Shown piece by piece: positions 1 to 10,354 of a stretch of 64,000 nucleotides of DNA. This DNA is from Burkholderiales bacterium (GTDB lineage Bacteria > Pseudomonadota > Gammaproteobacteria > Burkholderiales > JAHFRG01). How positions within the stretch are numbered: the first letter of the stretch is position 1; each line of letters starts with the position of its first letter. The stretch spans positions 697-64,696 of the forward strand of contig DATIXX010000020.1 of the NCBI GenBank assembly GCA_035518095.1. The letters are read 5' to 3'. The notes below the pieces were generated by a model, which saw nothing but the letters and a program-made list of their open reading frames with translations, made no database searches and was not told where the DNA came from. A program made the position numbers and the translations under genes.

Positions 1-498
1 TTTCGCGAGTGCGCATCGAGTTTAGCGAGCAGCGTGGACCAGGTTGCATCCATGGACCAGGCGCCGTCGGCAATAGCGCGCTATCTGCGTGAGCAAGGGC
101 TCCCGCTGCAAGCCGTGTGTTGGCCCGAACTCGGGCGGCTCGATTGGGCTGCACAAGGAATGAGGGTGGCCGCGCGGCCTGCGAACGGAAGCGATGTTGT
201 GGGTATAACGGGGGCATTTTGCGCGATTGCGGAGACCGGAACATTGGTGATGCTCTCGGGACAGGATACGCCCCTCGTGACCAGCCTCTTGCCTGAAACG
301 CACATCGCCGTTATCGACGTCGCTCGCATTGTGAACACGATGGAACAAGCCTGGGATTTGCTGCGCAGCGAACGTTCGATGATACCTCGGGCGGTCAACT
401 TTATCTCCGGACCTTCCCGGACCGCGGACATCGAGCAAACTATCGTGCTCGGGGCTCATGGACCGTACCGCGTGCATGTCGTCATCGTGCAACGGTAA
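1..498 (+). CDS. LutC/YkgG-family (LUD domain) protein, 5'-truncated by the window edge
   Basis: The frame is open from nt 1. The C-terminal part carries GITGAFCAIAETGTLVMLSG and ISGPSRTADIEQTIVLGAHGP, typical of LutC-type lactate-utilisation proteins. Confidence 0.6.
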   Translation, partial: FRECASSLASSVDQVASMDQAPSAIARYLREQGLPLQAVCWPELGRLDWAAQGMRVAARPANGSDVVGITGAFCAIAETGTLVMLSGQDTPLVTSLLPETHIAVIDVARIVNTMEQAWDLLRSERSMIPRAVNFISGPSRTADIEQTIVLGAHGPYRVHVVIVQR

Positions 499-546
499 TT
501 TTCAATTGGATAAGGTTGGTTCAAAACGTACCGGAGCGAAGGCCTC

Positions 547-2505
547 ATGGATGCCATGAATGGCGGGTCAGCCGGCACGGCGCCGCGTCCACAGCATGTC
601 GATGCCCAGGCGCCGTGGCGGATCAGCGATCACGATGTTTTTTTGTTTAAAGAAGGAACCCATTACCGGTTGTATGACAAGCTTGGAGCGCATCGGGTAA
701 CGGTCGAAGAGGGACCTGCAGTTCATTTTGCAGTCTGGGCACCCAATGCTGAAGCCGTTTCCGTGATCGGCGATTTCAACGGCTGGAATTCAGAACTGCA
801 CCGCTTGCGGGTTCGCGGCGACGGGTCGGGGATCTGGGAAGGCGTTGTTCCCGGTTTAGGCGACGGCACGCTCTATAAATATCGAATCCGCTCCCGGATG
901 AATGCCTACGAGGCGGACAAAAGCGACCCCTTCGCATTTACCTGGCAGAAGCCGCCCGCAACCGCTTCCAAGGTAACTCGCCTCGATTATTCGTGGGGAG
1001 ACCAAAATTGGATGGCGGCGCGCCACGCAAAATTAGCGAGGGAAGCCCCGGTCTCAATTTACGAAGTCCACTTGGGCTCGTGGCGCAGGATTCCGGAACA
1101 GGGCAACCGGCCATTCAGCTATCGCGAGCTTGCACAGCCGCTTGCCGACTACGTCCAGCGCATGGGATTTACCCATGTCGAGTTTATGCCGCTTATGGAA
1201 CATCCCTTTTACGGCTCGTGGGGATACCAGATCACGGGTTATTTCGCGCCCTCGGCGCGCTACGGAACGCCGCAGGATCTCATGTATTTGGTGGATTACC
1301 TTCATCAGCGGGGGATTGGGGTCATTTTCGATTGGGTGCCATCGCATTTTCCCAATGATGAGCATGGACTGGTCTATTTCGACGGCACGCACCTGTATGA
1401 GCACGCGGACCCGCGGCAAGGCTATCACCCGGAATGGAAAAGTTGTGTATTTAACTACGGCCGCCATGAAGTTCGCGCCTTTCTTATGAGCAGCGCGATG
1501 TTCTGGCTCGACAAATATCATGTTGACGGGCTGCGTATCGACGGCGTCGCATCCATGCTCTATCTGGATTACGCAAGGAGCGAAGGTGACTGGATTCCCA
1601 ATGAATACGGAGGCAGAGAGAATTTGCACGCTGTGGACTTTCTGCGCCGCCTGAACGAGGCAGTGTACCGCGACTATCCGGACGTGCACACGATCGCCGA
1701 GGAGTCGACGGCGTGGCCCATGGTCACGCGTCCTACGTCAGTCGGCGGACTGGGATTTGGGTACAAGTGGAACATGGGCTGGATGCACGATGTGCTGCGT
1801 TATATGGCTGAAGACCCGGTCCACCGTAAGTATCACCACGACAAGCTGGCATTCAGCATCTGGTACGCGTTTAGCGAGAATTTCGTTCTCCCACTTTCGC
1901 ACGACGAAGTTGTCCATGGCAAGGGTTCGCTGATCGGCAAAATGCCAGGAGACGAGTGGCAGAGGTTTGCCAATTTGCGTTTGCTCTATGGTTACATGTG
2001 GGCACACCCGGGCAAGAAGCTGCTTTTCATGGGCGGCGAATTCGGGCAGATCAGCGAATGGCGACATGACGAAAGCCTCGAATGGAACGTTCTGGATTAC
2101 AACCTTCATCGCGGCATGCAGGCCTGGATCTCAGATCTTAACCGGACCTATCGCGCGCACGCCGCATTGCACGAATACGATTGTGAGTCACTGGGCTTCG
2201 AATGGGTGCAATGGCAGGACCGGGACACCAGTGTATTGAGTTTTTTGCGGAAAGGTCGCAGCGCTCGCGATGCGGTGCTCGTCGTATGCAACTTTACTCC
2301 CGTCGTGCGCGCGGGTTACAAAGTTGGCGTATCGTGCGGGGGATGGTGGCAGGAACTGCTCAATAGTGATGCTGTTGAGTACGGCGGCTCCGGAGTGGGC
2401 AATGCGGGCGGTATAGAGGCGCATCGCGAACCACACCATGGGCGCGAGTGGTCTTTGCATCTCAACGTCCCGCCTCTCGCAGTGCTATGGCTGAAAAGCC
2501 CGTAA
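547..2505 (+). CDS. glgB: 1,4-alpha-glucan branching enzyme
   Basis: 652 aa with GH13 motifs ([41 protein letters not shown]) and an N-terminal CBM48-like region ([10 protein letters not shown]). Confidence 0.95.
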   Translation: MDAMNGGSAGTAPRPQHVDAQAPWRISDHDVFLFKEGTHYRLYDKLGAHRVTVEEGPAVHFAVWAPNAEAVSVIGDFNGWNSELHRLRVRGDGSGIWEGVVPGLGDGTLYKYRIRSRMNAYEADKSDPFAFTWQKPPATASKVTRLDYSWGDQNWMAARHAKLAREAPVSIYEVHLGSWRRIPEQGNRPFSYRELAQPLADYVQRMGFTHVEFMPLMEHPFYGSWGYQITGYFAPSARYGTPQDLMYLVDYLHQRGIGVIFDWVPSHFPNDEHGLVYFDGTHLYEHADPRQGYHPEWKSCVFNYGRHEVRAFLMSSAMFWLDKYHVDGLRIDGVASMLYLDYARSEGDWIPNEYGGRENLHAVDFLRRLNEAVYRDYPDVHTIAEESTAWPMVTRPTSVGGLGFGYKWNMGWMHDVLRYMAEDPVHRKYHHDKLAFSIWYAFSENFVLPLSHDEVVHGKGSLIGKMPGDEWQRFANLRLLYGYMWAHPGKKLLFMGGEFGQISEWRHDESLEWNVLDYNLHRGMQAWISDLNRTYRAHAALHEYDCESLGFEWVQWQDRDTSVLSFLRKGRSARDAVLVVCNFTPVVRAGYKVGVSCGGWWQELLNSDAVEYGGSGVGNAGGIEAHREPHHGREWSLHLNVPPLAVLWLKSP

Positions 2506-2594
2506 AGCAAGTGATCCCGCGCATCGATCGTCGACAAGATACCCAATAGATCATCATCCTGCTCTGTGTGGTGGTTGTTACAACCGGCAAAAAA

Positions 2595-4808
2595 ATGAAT
2601 CCTGCTTTGCTCGAACAACTATGTGCTGCTTGCGGAGTCGCGACCCAGTATCGGGATGCGTGGGGAACGATGCGTACAGTATCGATCCAGACGCGCAGCG
2701 CGCTGCTCGAAGCGATGGGATACCGAGTTACATCGGACGAGCACATATGCAATGCTCTTAACGCACGCGTAGAACAACAATGGTGCCGGCCGCTGCCGCG
2801 GGTACACGTCGCGCGAGCCGGGGAGGAACTCGCGCTGGCGGTGGCGCTACCGGAAACCTGTGCCCATTTCAAGTTCGAGTGGACGCTGGAGGAAGAAGAG
2901 GGCGCGTCGCGCAGCGGAAGTTTTCTGCCCGCCGAAATGGCGGTCGAAGAAAGGCAATACGTCGCTGGCGCGGGGTTTATTCGCGTGAGGCTCTTGTTGA
3001 CCCGGCCTCCTCAGCCCGGCTATCACAAGTTCAAACTTCATGCGCCCGGGGAGGAATCCGCGCCGCAAGCAACCATGTCGCTGATCATTGTGCCGCATCG
3101 CTGTTATCTGCCCGCTTCACTTAAAAGTGGCAAACTTTGGGGCCCCATCGTTAATCTTTACGGAATTCGGTCACAGCGCAATTGGGGCATGGGCGATTTC
3201 ACCGACCTGCTTGCGCTGGTAGAACTAGCGGCGCAAAGCGGCGCCGCTTTTGTCGGCGTCAATCCCCTGCATGCGCTGTTTCCCCATGACCCCAGCCACG
3301 CGAGCCCGTACAGCCCTGCAAGCCGAGCGCTACTAAATATTCTCTACATCGATCCCCAACGCGTACCCGATTTTCGCGACTGCGTGAAAGCGCGCAAGTC
3401 GGTGGCACGCCGGGAATTTAAGGCTGAACTGCGTGATCTGCGCACGGCTAACTTGGTCGACTACCGCCGGACAGCAAAGCTCAAGTTTGAAATCCTGGAC
3501 CTGCTGTTCGAACATTTCCGTACTCATCATCTCGATTCAGGCTCCGATCGCGAGCGAGCCTTCCGCGCATTCCAAAACGCCCAGGGGGATACGATGCGGC
3601 TTGCCTCGCTGTTCTTCGCGCTTCAGGAGGAACTTCACGTGCGCGATGCCACGGCCTGGGGTTGGCGCACCTGGCCGGAGGAATACCGCGATCCTAATTC
3701 AAACGCGGTTCTCGAATTTGCCAGGAGCCATGCGCGGCGCGTCGAATACTATGATTACCTACAGTGGAATGCCGAGATGCAGCTGGACGCGGTCGGCAAA
3801 CGCGCGTTGGAGCTAAAGCTTGGGGTGGGTCTTTATCAGGATTTGGCCGTGGGCGCGGATTCGGGGGGCGCCGAAACCTGGGCTGCGCAAGGACTGTATG
3901 CCGGTCAGGCTACCGTGGGCGCCCCGCCGGACGAATTCAATGTCAAAGGACAGGATTGGAGTATGCCACCGTTTTTGCCGGAACGGTTGAAGGATGCCGC
4001 TTACAAACCTTTTATTACCTTGTTGCGCGCCAATATGCGCCACTCCGGGGCGCTGCGCATAGATCATGTGATGGGTTTGATGCGGCTTTACTGGATTCCC
4101 GGCAATGAAAATCCCGACTGCGGCGGATATGTCTCCTACCCTGTCGACGACTTGCTGGGGATCGTCGCGCTCGAAAGTGAGCGTAACCGCTGTATGGTGG
4201 TCGGTGAAGACCTCGGTACTCTGCCGGAGGGAATGAATGAGCGGCTGTACGCTTCAGGCATCCTTTCTTCCCGCCTACTGTATTTTCAGCGCGAGGGCAA
4301 CGGCGCTTTCTCGCCGCCTGCGCACTACCCGCCGCAATCCCTGGCAGCGGTCGGTACGCATGATTTGCCCACGCTGCGCGCTTTCTGGCTGGGTAACGAC
4401 CTCGAACTGCGTGCACGCCTGAACCTTTTTTCAAATGACGAGCAACGGCGACGACAGATCATGCAGCGCGCCCAGGACCGGTCCGGTTTGCTGATTGCGC
4501 TCGATCGCGAGAAACTGTTGCCGCCCGGTATCACCATTGATCCGGTTTCTGCGCCGGATATGACGCCCGAACTTGCCTTCGCGGTGCACCGCTTTCTTTC
4601 GCGTACGCCGTGCATGCTGTTTGCGGTGCAGCCGGAGAATGTCTTCGGCGAGGTGGAACAAATAAATATCCCGGCGACGACCGGGTCGCAGTATCCAAAT
4701 TGGAGACTAAAGACTACGCTGCGGCTGGAACGATGGGGCAAGAATAAGCGCTTTGCAGCATTGCTTGAGGCGCTCAATCCGGAGCGCGGTGCTCTTTTGC
4801 CAAGTTGA
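2595..4808 (+). CDS. malQ: 4-alpha-glucanotransferase (amylomaltase), long form
   Basis: GH77 motifs are present (GDFTDL, VNPLHALFP, YSPASR, ALRIDHVMGL, VGEDLGT, GTHD). I chose the ATG at 2595 rather than the track's GTG at 2568; the start is uncertain. Confidence 0.9.
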   Translation: MNPALLEQLCAACGVATQYRDAWGTMRTVSIQTRSALLEAMGYRVTSDEHICNALNARVEQQWCRPLPRVHVARAGEELALAVALPETCAHFKFEWTLEEEEGASRSGSFLPAEMAVEERQYVAGAGFIRVRLLLTRPPQPGYHKFKLHAPGEESAPQATMSLIIVPHRCYLPASLKSGKLWGPIVNLYGIRSQRNWGMGDFTDLLALVELAAQSGAAFVGVNPLHALFPHDPSHASPYSPASRALLNILYIDPQRVPDFRDCVKARKSVARREFKAELRDLRTANLVDYRRTAKLKFEILDLLFEHFRTHHLDSGSDRERAFRAFQNAQGDTMRLASLFFALQEELHVRDATAWGWRTWPEEYRDPNSNAVLEFARSHARRVEYYDYLQWNAEMQLDAVGKRALELKLGVGLYQDLAVGADSGGAETWAAQGLYAGQATVGAPPDEFNVKGQDWSMPPFLPERLKDAAYKPFITLLRANMRHSGALRIDHVMGLMRLYWIPGNENPDCGGYVSYPVDDLLGIVALESERNRCMVVGEDLGTLPEGMNERLYASGILSSRLLYFQREGNGAFSPPAHYPPQSLAAVGTHDLPTLRAFWLGNDLELRARLNLFSNDEQRRRQIMQRAQDRSGLLIALDREKLLPPGITIDPVSAPDMTPELAFAVHRFLSRTPCMLFAVQPENVFGEVEQINIPATTGSQYPNWRLKTTLRLERWGKNKRFAALLEALNPERGALLPS

Positions 4809-4952
4809 AGCCTGTTCTTTACGTGGACTGGCGAACCTGCGTTAACCTTCCGCTTAACCGTGCGCAGAAACAGTGTATGCGCGGGGTCAATGGTATCTCG
4901 AGGCTTTGGTGCCGCGCGCTTCTCTCGCCCCGGATGCTGCGAGAAATTCCGG

Positions 4953-4982
4953 TTGCAGAGAAAAATGCCCGTTGGTTATAAT
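4953..4982 (+). promoter_or_regulatory. Sigma-70-like promoter candidate upstream of the antiporter gene
   Basis: TTGCAG (4953-4958), an 18-nt spacer, then TATAAT (4977-4982), about 105 nt upstream of the ATG at 5087. Confidence 0.3.
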
Positions 4983-5086
4983 CCGGGTAGTTTCAATATA
5001 TCAGCGTAGCAGTTCCTGCCTCATGCGAGAGCCAAATATCGGCTCCCGCGCATCACACTCGTTGTTTTACTTCATCAGCCGTTACC

Positions 5087-6289
5087 ATGTCCAACTTCGA
5101 CTTCCTGCCAATCTTACCTCTCACGCTCACTCCGCCACTGTTATTCGGTTTGCTGCTGCTGCTGGGTTTGCTTGGCGGCGAGGTGGCACGGCTGTTCGCG
5201 CTGCCGCGTATCACCGGTTACCTGCTGGTTGGCGTGCTGTTCGGCCCGGGAGGTCTTGACGTATTGAGCCGCGACCTTATACAGGAAAGCCGGGTATTTG
5301 TGGATATTTCATTGGGACTGATTCTTTTCGAACTCGGCCGCCGCCTTGATTACCAATGGCTGCGCCGCAACCGCTGGCTATTTGCTACCGCGATTGCAGA
5401 GAGCGCGTTTGCCTTCTGGGCGGTTTATTTCGGGCTGCGTTATTTCCATTATGAGCCGGCGTTTGCCGCGCTTGCCGCGGCGATCGGAATCGCCACTTCT
5501 CCTGCAGTGGTGTTGTTGGTTGCGCATGAGTTGCGCTCGGAAGGGCAGCTTACTGAGCGCATGCTGCTGCTGACTGCGATCAACAGCGTGTTTGCCTTCT
5601 TCAGTGTGACCATGTTATTGCCGTTCCTGCTTTTGGAACAGCATGCCGGATGGGAAAAAACGCTGTTGCAACCGCTCTATGTCACGCTAGGTTCGCTGCT
5701 CACGGGCTTTGTCGGCAGTTATCTCGTGTTACGCTTCGCGGGCTGGCTGGGCAAGCGCGAGGATCGCCAGTTCATCATGCTTGTCGGCATGATTGTGCTG
5801 ACTGTCGGATTGGCCCGCACGCTTAATCTATCAGTACTGGTCGCATTGCTCACTCTTGGCATACTGGCGCGCAATCTCGACTTCGGCCACAAGCTGATGG
5901 CCGTTGAGTTCGGTCACGGCGGACAGCTGTTTTTTGTGATTCTGTTTGTGGTGACTGGCGCGGGCCTGCGCTTCGATGCGCTACCGCAAGCGTTGTTCAT
6001 CGCCGGCGTGTACATCGTGCTGCGTTTCCTGGGCAAGGCGCTGGCGATCCTGGTGTTTGGGCGTTTAAGCGGACTGCGGCCTGGCGCTGCGGGCTTGCTC
6101 AGTATTGCATTGTTGCCGATGTCAGGGCTCGCTGTCGTCCTGGTGCAGCACACGTCGAGTTTCTTTCCCGAATTCGGCGCCAGGTTGTCTGCAGTGGTGC
6201 TTACCGCAGTAGCCCTATTGGAGCTCATCGGTCCGCTGGCGACTCAGTTTGCGCTGAAGCAAGCGGGCGAGGCGGGAGAACGACGATGA
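5087..6289 (+). CDS. Cation:proton antiporter (CPA2/Kef-like membrane domain; no KTN/RCK domain)
   Basis: 400 aa and highly hydrophobic, with about 11-12 predicted TM segments and Na_H_exchanger-like features (GYLLVGVLFGPGGL). The stop overlaps the next start (ATGA). Confidence 0.8.
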   Translation: MSNFDFLPILPLTLTPPLLFGLLLLLGLLGGEVARLFALPRITGYLLVGVLFGPGGLDVLSRDLIQESRVFVDISLGLILFELGRRLDYQWLRRNRWLFATAIAESAFAFWAVYFGLRYFHYEPAFAALAAAIGIATSPAVVLLVAHELRSEGQLTERMLLLTAINSVFAFFSVTMLLPFLLLEQHAGWEKTLLQPLYVTLGSLLTGFVGSYLVLRFAGWLGKREDRQFIMLVGMIVLTVGLARTLNLSVLVALLTLGILARNLDFGHKLMAVEFGHGGQLFFVILFVVTGAGLRFDALPQALFIAGVYIVLRFLGKALAILVFGRLSGLRPGAAGLLSIALLPMSGLAVVLVQHTSSFFPEFGARLSAVVLTAVALLELIGPLATQFALKQAGEAGERR

Positions 6290-7413
6290 CGCTGGAATTC
6301 ACGCAATCGCAGGCGTGCACCACGGGCGTTGAGCTTGAACTGCAGCTGCTAAAGTCCCACGATTGCAATCTAGCGCGCGATGCCGCTGATTTGCTGGCGA
6401 GACTTGGCAAAGTGAAACATCCGGGTCAGGTAAAGCCGGAAATCACCGAGAGCATGATCGAGCTCAATTCCTCAATTCACACGCACTACACGGCGCTTGC
6501 CGACGAACTGCGGACGATACGAAACGTGGTGGTACGCGAGGCGGAACTGCTCAACCTGCGCGTGGCCGGCGGAGGCACGCATCCCTTTCATCAGTGGAGC
6601 GAGCGGCGCATTTATCCGACCGAGCGTTTCAAGCATCTGCTCAATCTTTACGGCTATCTCGCCAAGCAGTTCACGGTATTCGGGCAGCACATCCACATCG
6701 GCTGTCCCAATGGCGATGACGCGGTCTATCTCATTCACATGTTGTCACGCCATGTTCCGCATTTCATCGCGCTTTCCGCCTCTTCGCCGTTTTATCAGGG
6801 GGAAGACACTGGTTTTGCATCTTCGCGGCTCAACGCCATTAGCGCCTTTCCTTTGAGCGGCACTATGCCGTTTGTGCAAAGCTGGGATGAATTCAATGCT
6901 TATTTCGACCGCATGTACTGTTTCAAGATTGTGGAAAGCATGAAGGATTTCTATTGGGACATCCGCCCGAAGCCGGATTACGGGACGGTTGAAATCCGGG
7001 TATGCGATACGCCATTGACGGTGGACAAGGCGGCGCGAATCGCCGCGTTCGCCCAAGCGCTTGCGAATTACTACTTGACGGAACGGCCGAAGCGTGCGAC
7101 CCGGGATATTTACCTGGTTTACAATTACAACCGGTTTCAGGCCTGCCGCTACGGTTTTGCCGCCAATTTTATTAACGCGTATGACGAAAGCCACAGCAGC
7201 CTGGGTGACGACCTGATCGCGACGCTCAAACTCCTTGCGCCGTACGCCGAAACCCTGGAAAGTGGTTCCGCGCTCAATCAGCTACTCGACGAGACGGCGG
7301 CGCGCCGCAACGATTCATACTGGTTGCGCGAGCAACTCAAGAAATCCGGTTCACTTAACGACGTGGCGCGGCTGCAGAGCAATCTGTGGATGGGGAAACC
7401 GGAACGAAGCTGA
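6286..7413 (+). CDS. ybdK: YbdK-type carboxylate-amine ligase (glutamate-cysteine ligase family 2)
   Basis: The N-terminus TTGVELELQLL, plus PEITESMIELNS, GGGTHPF, HIHIG and WDIRP..YGTVEIRVCD, match the GCS2 family. Confidence 0.85.
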   Translation: MTLEFTQSQACTTGVELELQLLKSHDCNLARDAADLLARLGKVKHPGQVKPEITESMIELNSSIHTHYTALADELRTIRNVVVREAELLNLRVAGGGTHPFHQWSERRIYPTERFKHLLNLYGYLAKQFTVFGQHIHIGCPNGDDAVYLIHMLSRHVPHFIALSASSPFYQGEDTGFASSRLNAISAFPLSGTMPFVQSWDEFNAYFDRMYCFKIVESMKDFYWDIRPKPDYGTVEIRVCDTPLTVDKAARIAAFAQALANYYLTERPKRATRDIYLVYNYNRFQACRYGFAANFINAYDESHSSLGDDLIATLKLLAPYAETLESGSALNQLLDETAARRNDSYWLREQLKKSGSLNDVARLQSNLWMGKPERS

Positions 7414-7480
7414 AGCTTTGGCTGCATTTCCGCGGCGTCCGATGCAATTCGAGGAGCGCGCGGGTCCATGAAAGGGTAGC

Positions 7481-8869
7481 GTGGCTTTTTTTGAAAACAT
7501 CAAGCAGCGCAGCGCACGCAAGACAACTCGGCTAATGCTCGCGGCATTCAGCCTCACGTGGAATGGCTTGGCAAGCGCTGCGCCTGTAGCCGGGAGTGTT
7601 GCACGGGACGGCCCCGCGTTGCTTGGGATTCCGGTTGATTTTATCCTGTTTGCGCTGACACTCTTGGGCGTGGCTTTATTCCATCGCCATACGCTTTATG
7701 TGGCGCTTACCGGTCTAACCGTCGTCCTCAGTTATAAATTTCTTTTCGTTGGGTTCAGGCATGGCCCCGGTTTTTCTGGCTTCATCTCCCACATGGGGCA
7801 TGAGTGGGTGATTCTCACCAATCTTTTTCTGCTACTGGTCGGATTCGCGGTTCTTTCCAGGCATTTTGAAAAGAGCCAGGTGCCAGCCGTGCTGCCGAAA
7901 TTCCTTCCCGACGACTGGAAAGGCGCATTCGTGTTACTGGTGATGATCTTCGTTTTGTCGAGCTTTCTTGACAACATCGCGGCGGCAATCATCGGTGGCA
8001 CCGTCGCCGCGGCGGTATTTAAGCAGAAGGTGCACATTGGCTATCTCGCGGCCATTGTCGCCGCTTCCAATGCCGGCGGTTCGGGAAGTGTGGTTGGCGA
8101 CACGACCACCACCATGATGTGGATCGACGGTGTGAGTCCGTTTGATGTATTTCAAGCTTATGTAGGCGCATCGTTGGCGTTGGTAATTTGTGGCATTCCT
8201 GCGGCGCTGCAGCAACAGCGCTATTCGCCAATAAGAAAGGACCCGCCGCGCGGAGTCCGCATTGATTGGGGACGGGTTTTCATCGTCGCGCTGATCCTGT
8301 TTGCCGCGATCGTCGCGAACATCGTGGTCAACGTCAAGTTTGCCGATATCTCCGACCGTTTTCCTTTTATCGGCTCGGCAGTGTGGCTCGCGATCTTGAT
8401 TGCGATTCCGCTTCGCAAACCGGACTGGAAGGTCGTGCCGAACGCAATAAAAGGCAGCATTTTTCTGCTTTCGCTGATTCTGTGCGCGTCACTCATGCCG
8501 GTGGAGAAACTGCCGGCCGCGTCATGGCATACGGCACTTGGCCTGGGTTTTGTTTCCGCAGTGTTTGATAACATTCCGCTTACTGCCTTAGCGCTACATC
8601 AGGGCGGGTATGACTGGGATTATCTTGCATATGCAGTGGGTTTCGGCGGCTCGATGATCTGGTTTGGTTCGTCGGCAGGAGTGGCACTTTCGAACATGTA
8701 CCCGGAAGCCAAATCGGTCGGCGCATGGCTCACGCAAGGCTGGCATGTAACGGTGGCCTATATTATCGGTTTCGTTGCTTTGCTTCTGGTGCTCGGTTGG
8801 CACCCGAATGCGCCGCACAAATCATCAAGCGCCCCATTTCACGCGGTTGTGAAAGTCGGAAAGATTTAA
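7481..8869 (+). CDS. ArsB/NhaD-superfamily ion transporter (NhaD-type Na+/H+ antiporter-like)
   Basis: 462 aa and polytopic, with FLDNIAAAIIGG and FDNIPLTALAL repeat motifs. The start (GTG 7481 versus a downstream ATG) is uncertain. Confidence 0.6.
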   Translation: MAFFENIKQRSARKTTRLMLAAFSLTWNGLASAAPVAGSVARDGPALLGIPVDFILFALTLLGVALFHRHTLYVALTGLTVVLSYKFLFVGFRHGPGFSGFISHMGHEWVILTNLFLLLVGFAVLSRHFEKSQVPAVLPKFLPDDWKGAFVLLVMIFVLSSFLDNIAAAIIGGTVAAAVFKQKVHIGYLAAIVAASNAGGSGSVVGDTTTTMMWIDGVSPFDVFQAYVGASLALVICGIPAALQQQRYSPIRKDPPRGVRIDWGRVFIVALILFAAIVANIVVNVKFADISDRFPFIGSAVWLAILIAIPLRKPDWKVVPNAIKGSIFLLSLILCASLMPVEKLPAASWHTALGLGFVSAVFDNIPLTALALHQGGYDWDYLAYAVGFGGSMIWFGSSAGVALSNMYPEAKSVGAWLTQGWHVTVAYIIGFVALLLVLGWHPNAPHKSSSAPFHAVVKVGKI

Positions 8870-9081
8870 ACCCTAGACGTTCGCTTTCCAGACTTTACCG
8901 ATACCACGCGATTGATTTTAGCCTAACCTCGGTATACGATGGGAGCGTTCGCCTGATGCGTGGGGAATTGGGCTTATCGCGTTTGATTCAATTCCTTTAC
9001 AACAGCGCAAACCATACCAAGCCGGGCATCCTGCCCGAAACTTAAGTTGCTTTTAAAAACGCTTAAATGAAGGAGGAGTCC

Positions 9082-10248
9082 ATGAGCACAAATCGAACGG
9101 CTTCCGAAATTGCCAAGACCGAAACAGTGAACTCGCGCCGCAAATTTCTTAAAGGTGCCGCCGTTGGCACGGGCGCTGCCGCCCTTGGCTTTCCCATGAT
9201 CTCGCGCGGCGCCGGGCAGACGGTGCTCAAAATGCAGGGATCGTGGGGCGCGGGAGATATGCTGGAAGTGTACGCCATTCAGTATGTCGACATCGTCAAC
9301 GACATGGGCAAAGGCTCGGGGCTCAGGATCGACTATCTCACTGCCGGGTCGGTGGTGAAGGCGTTTGAGGTGCAAGACGCGGTCAACAAAGGCATTCTCG
9401 ACATGGGGCATTTAGTGGCCGCTTACTGGTACGGCAAGAACCGAGCGGCCTCGCTGTTTGGCACCGGCCCTTGCTGGGGCTGGAATGCCGATCAGTTCCT
9501 ATCATGGTACTACCTGGGCGGCGGCCGCCAGATGCACCTCGACCTGCTGCAAAAGACGCTAGGATTGAAGATCATTGGCTGGTACTACATGCCGATGCCC
9601 TGCCAGCCGCTCGGCTGGTTCAAGTTCCACCCGACGAGCGCGGCGCAGCTCAAGAATCTCAAGTACCGCACCGTGGGCCTCGCGACCAACGTCATGGAGG
9701 AGGTGGGTTGCAAGGTGACCCAGCTCCCCGGCGGCGAGATCATCCCCGCCATGGAGAAAGGCGTGATCGAGGCTTTCGAATACAATAATCCAACCTCGGA
9801 CCGCCGCTTTGGCGCCGCCGACGTGGCCAAGTACTACATGCTGTCGAGCTACCATCAGACCGGCGAGGCGCTCGAGATCGAGATCAACACGGCCAAGTGG
9901 AACTCTTTGTCGCCAGAGCACAAGTCGATCCTCGAGCACTCCGTGCAAGCCGCCAACTCGCAAGCGATCTGGACCGCTTTCGAACAGTATCCGAAGGACC
10001 TGCAGGATTTGATCCACAAGGACGGCGTGCACGTATACCGCACCGATCAGTCTATCCTCCAGGCCCAGCTCAACGCCTGGGACAAGGTAGTCGCGAAGTA
10101 CAGCGCCGAGGTGCCCGAATTCAAAGCGGTGTGCGACTCGCAGAAAGCGTGGGCCAAGAATAGCGCTTACTTCAACCTCCTGAATCGGGCCGACCTCAAG
10201 CTCGCCTACGACCATTACTACGGGAAGGAACTGCCGCTCGGCTTCTAG
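9082..10248 (+). CDS. TRAP transporter substrate-binding protein (DctP-type) with a twin-arginine signal
   Basis: AAGGAGG lies 6 nt upstream of the ATG at 9082. The signal is SRRKFLKGAAVGTGAAALG, followed by a DctP-like body, and DctQ/DctM genes come next. Confidence 0.85.
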   Translation: MSTNRTASEIAKTETVNSRRKFLKGAAVGTGAAALGFPMISRGAGQTVLKMQGSWGAGDMLEVYAIQYVDIVNDMGKGSGLRIDYLTAGSVVKAFEVQDAVNKGILDMGHLVAAYWYGKNRAASLFGTGPCWGWNADQFLSWYYLGGGRQMHLDLLQKTLGLKIIGWYYMPMPCQPLGWFKFHPTSAAQLKNLKYRTVGLATNVMEEVGCKVTQLPGGEIIPAMEKGVIEAFEYNNPTSDRRFGAADVAKYYMLSSYHQTGEALEIEINTAKWNSLSPEHKSILEHSVQAANSQAIWTAFEQYPKDLQDLIHKDGVHVYRTDQSILQAQLNAWDKVVAKYSAEVPEFKAVCDSQKAWAKNSAYFNLLNRADLKLAYDHYYGKELPLGF

Positions 10249-10282
10249 AAATCGGTAACCCTTCGGCACGCAATGAAGCGAC

Positions 10283-10312
10283 GGGGTGGCGCCTTCCGTC
10301 AAGCGCCACCCC
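10283..10312 (+). promoter_or_regulatory. Intercistronic stem-loop after the TRAP binding-protein gene
   Basis: A perfect 10-bp stem, GGGGTGGCGC (10283-10292) / GCGCCACCCC (10303-10312), with a 10-nt loop and no U-tract. Confidence 0.5.
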
Positions 10313-10354
10313 ATCGAAATGAAAACGACTTAAGGTGGGGGTTCGAGTCGCGCC

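Noticed and set aside
9559-10314. A 251-aa minus-strand ORF antisense to the TRAP binding-protein gene. Similar long antisense ORFs occur at 15199-16071, 11018-11650, 32488-33264, 50321-51091, 53126-53830 and 22-492.
   Set aside because: Each is a shadow ORF opposite a gene with clear family motifs. Their products are Arg/Gly/Pro/His-rich and low in complexity, with no recognisable domains, which is typical of GC-rich antisense frames.
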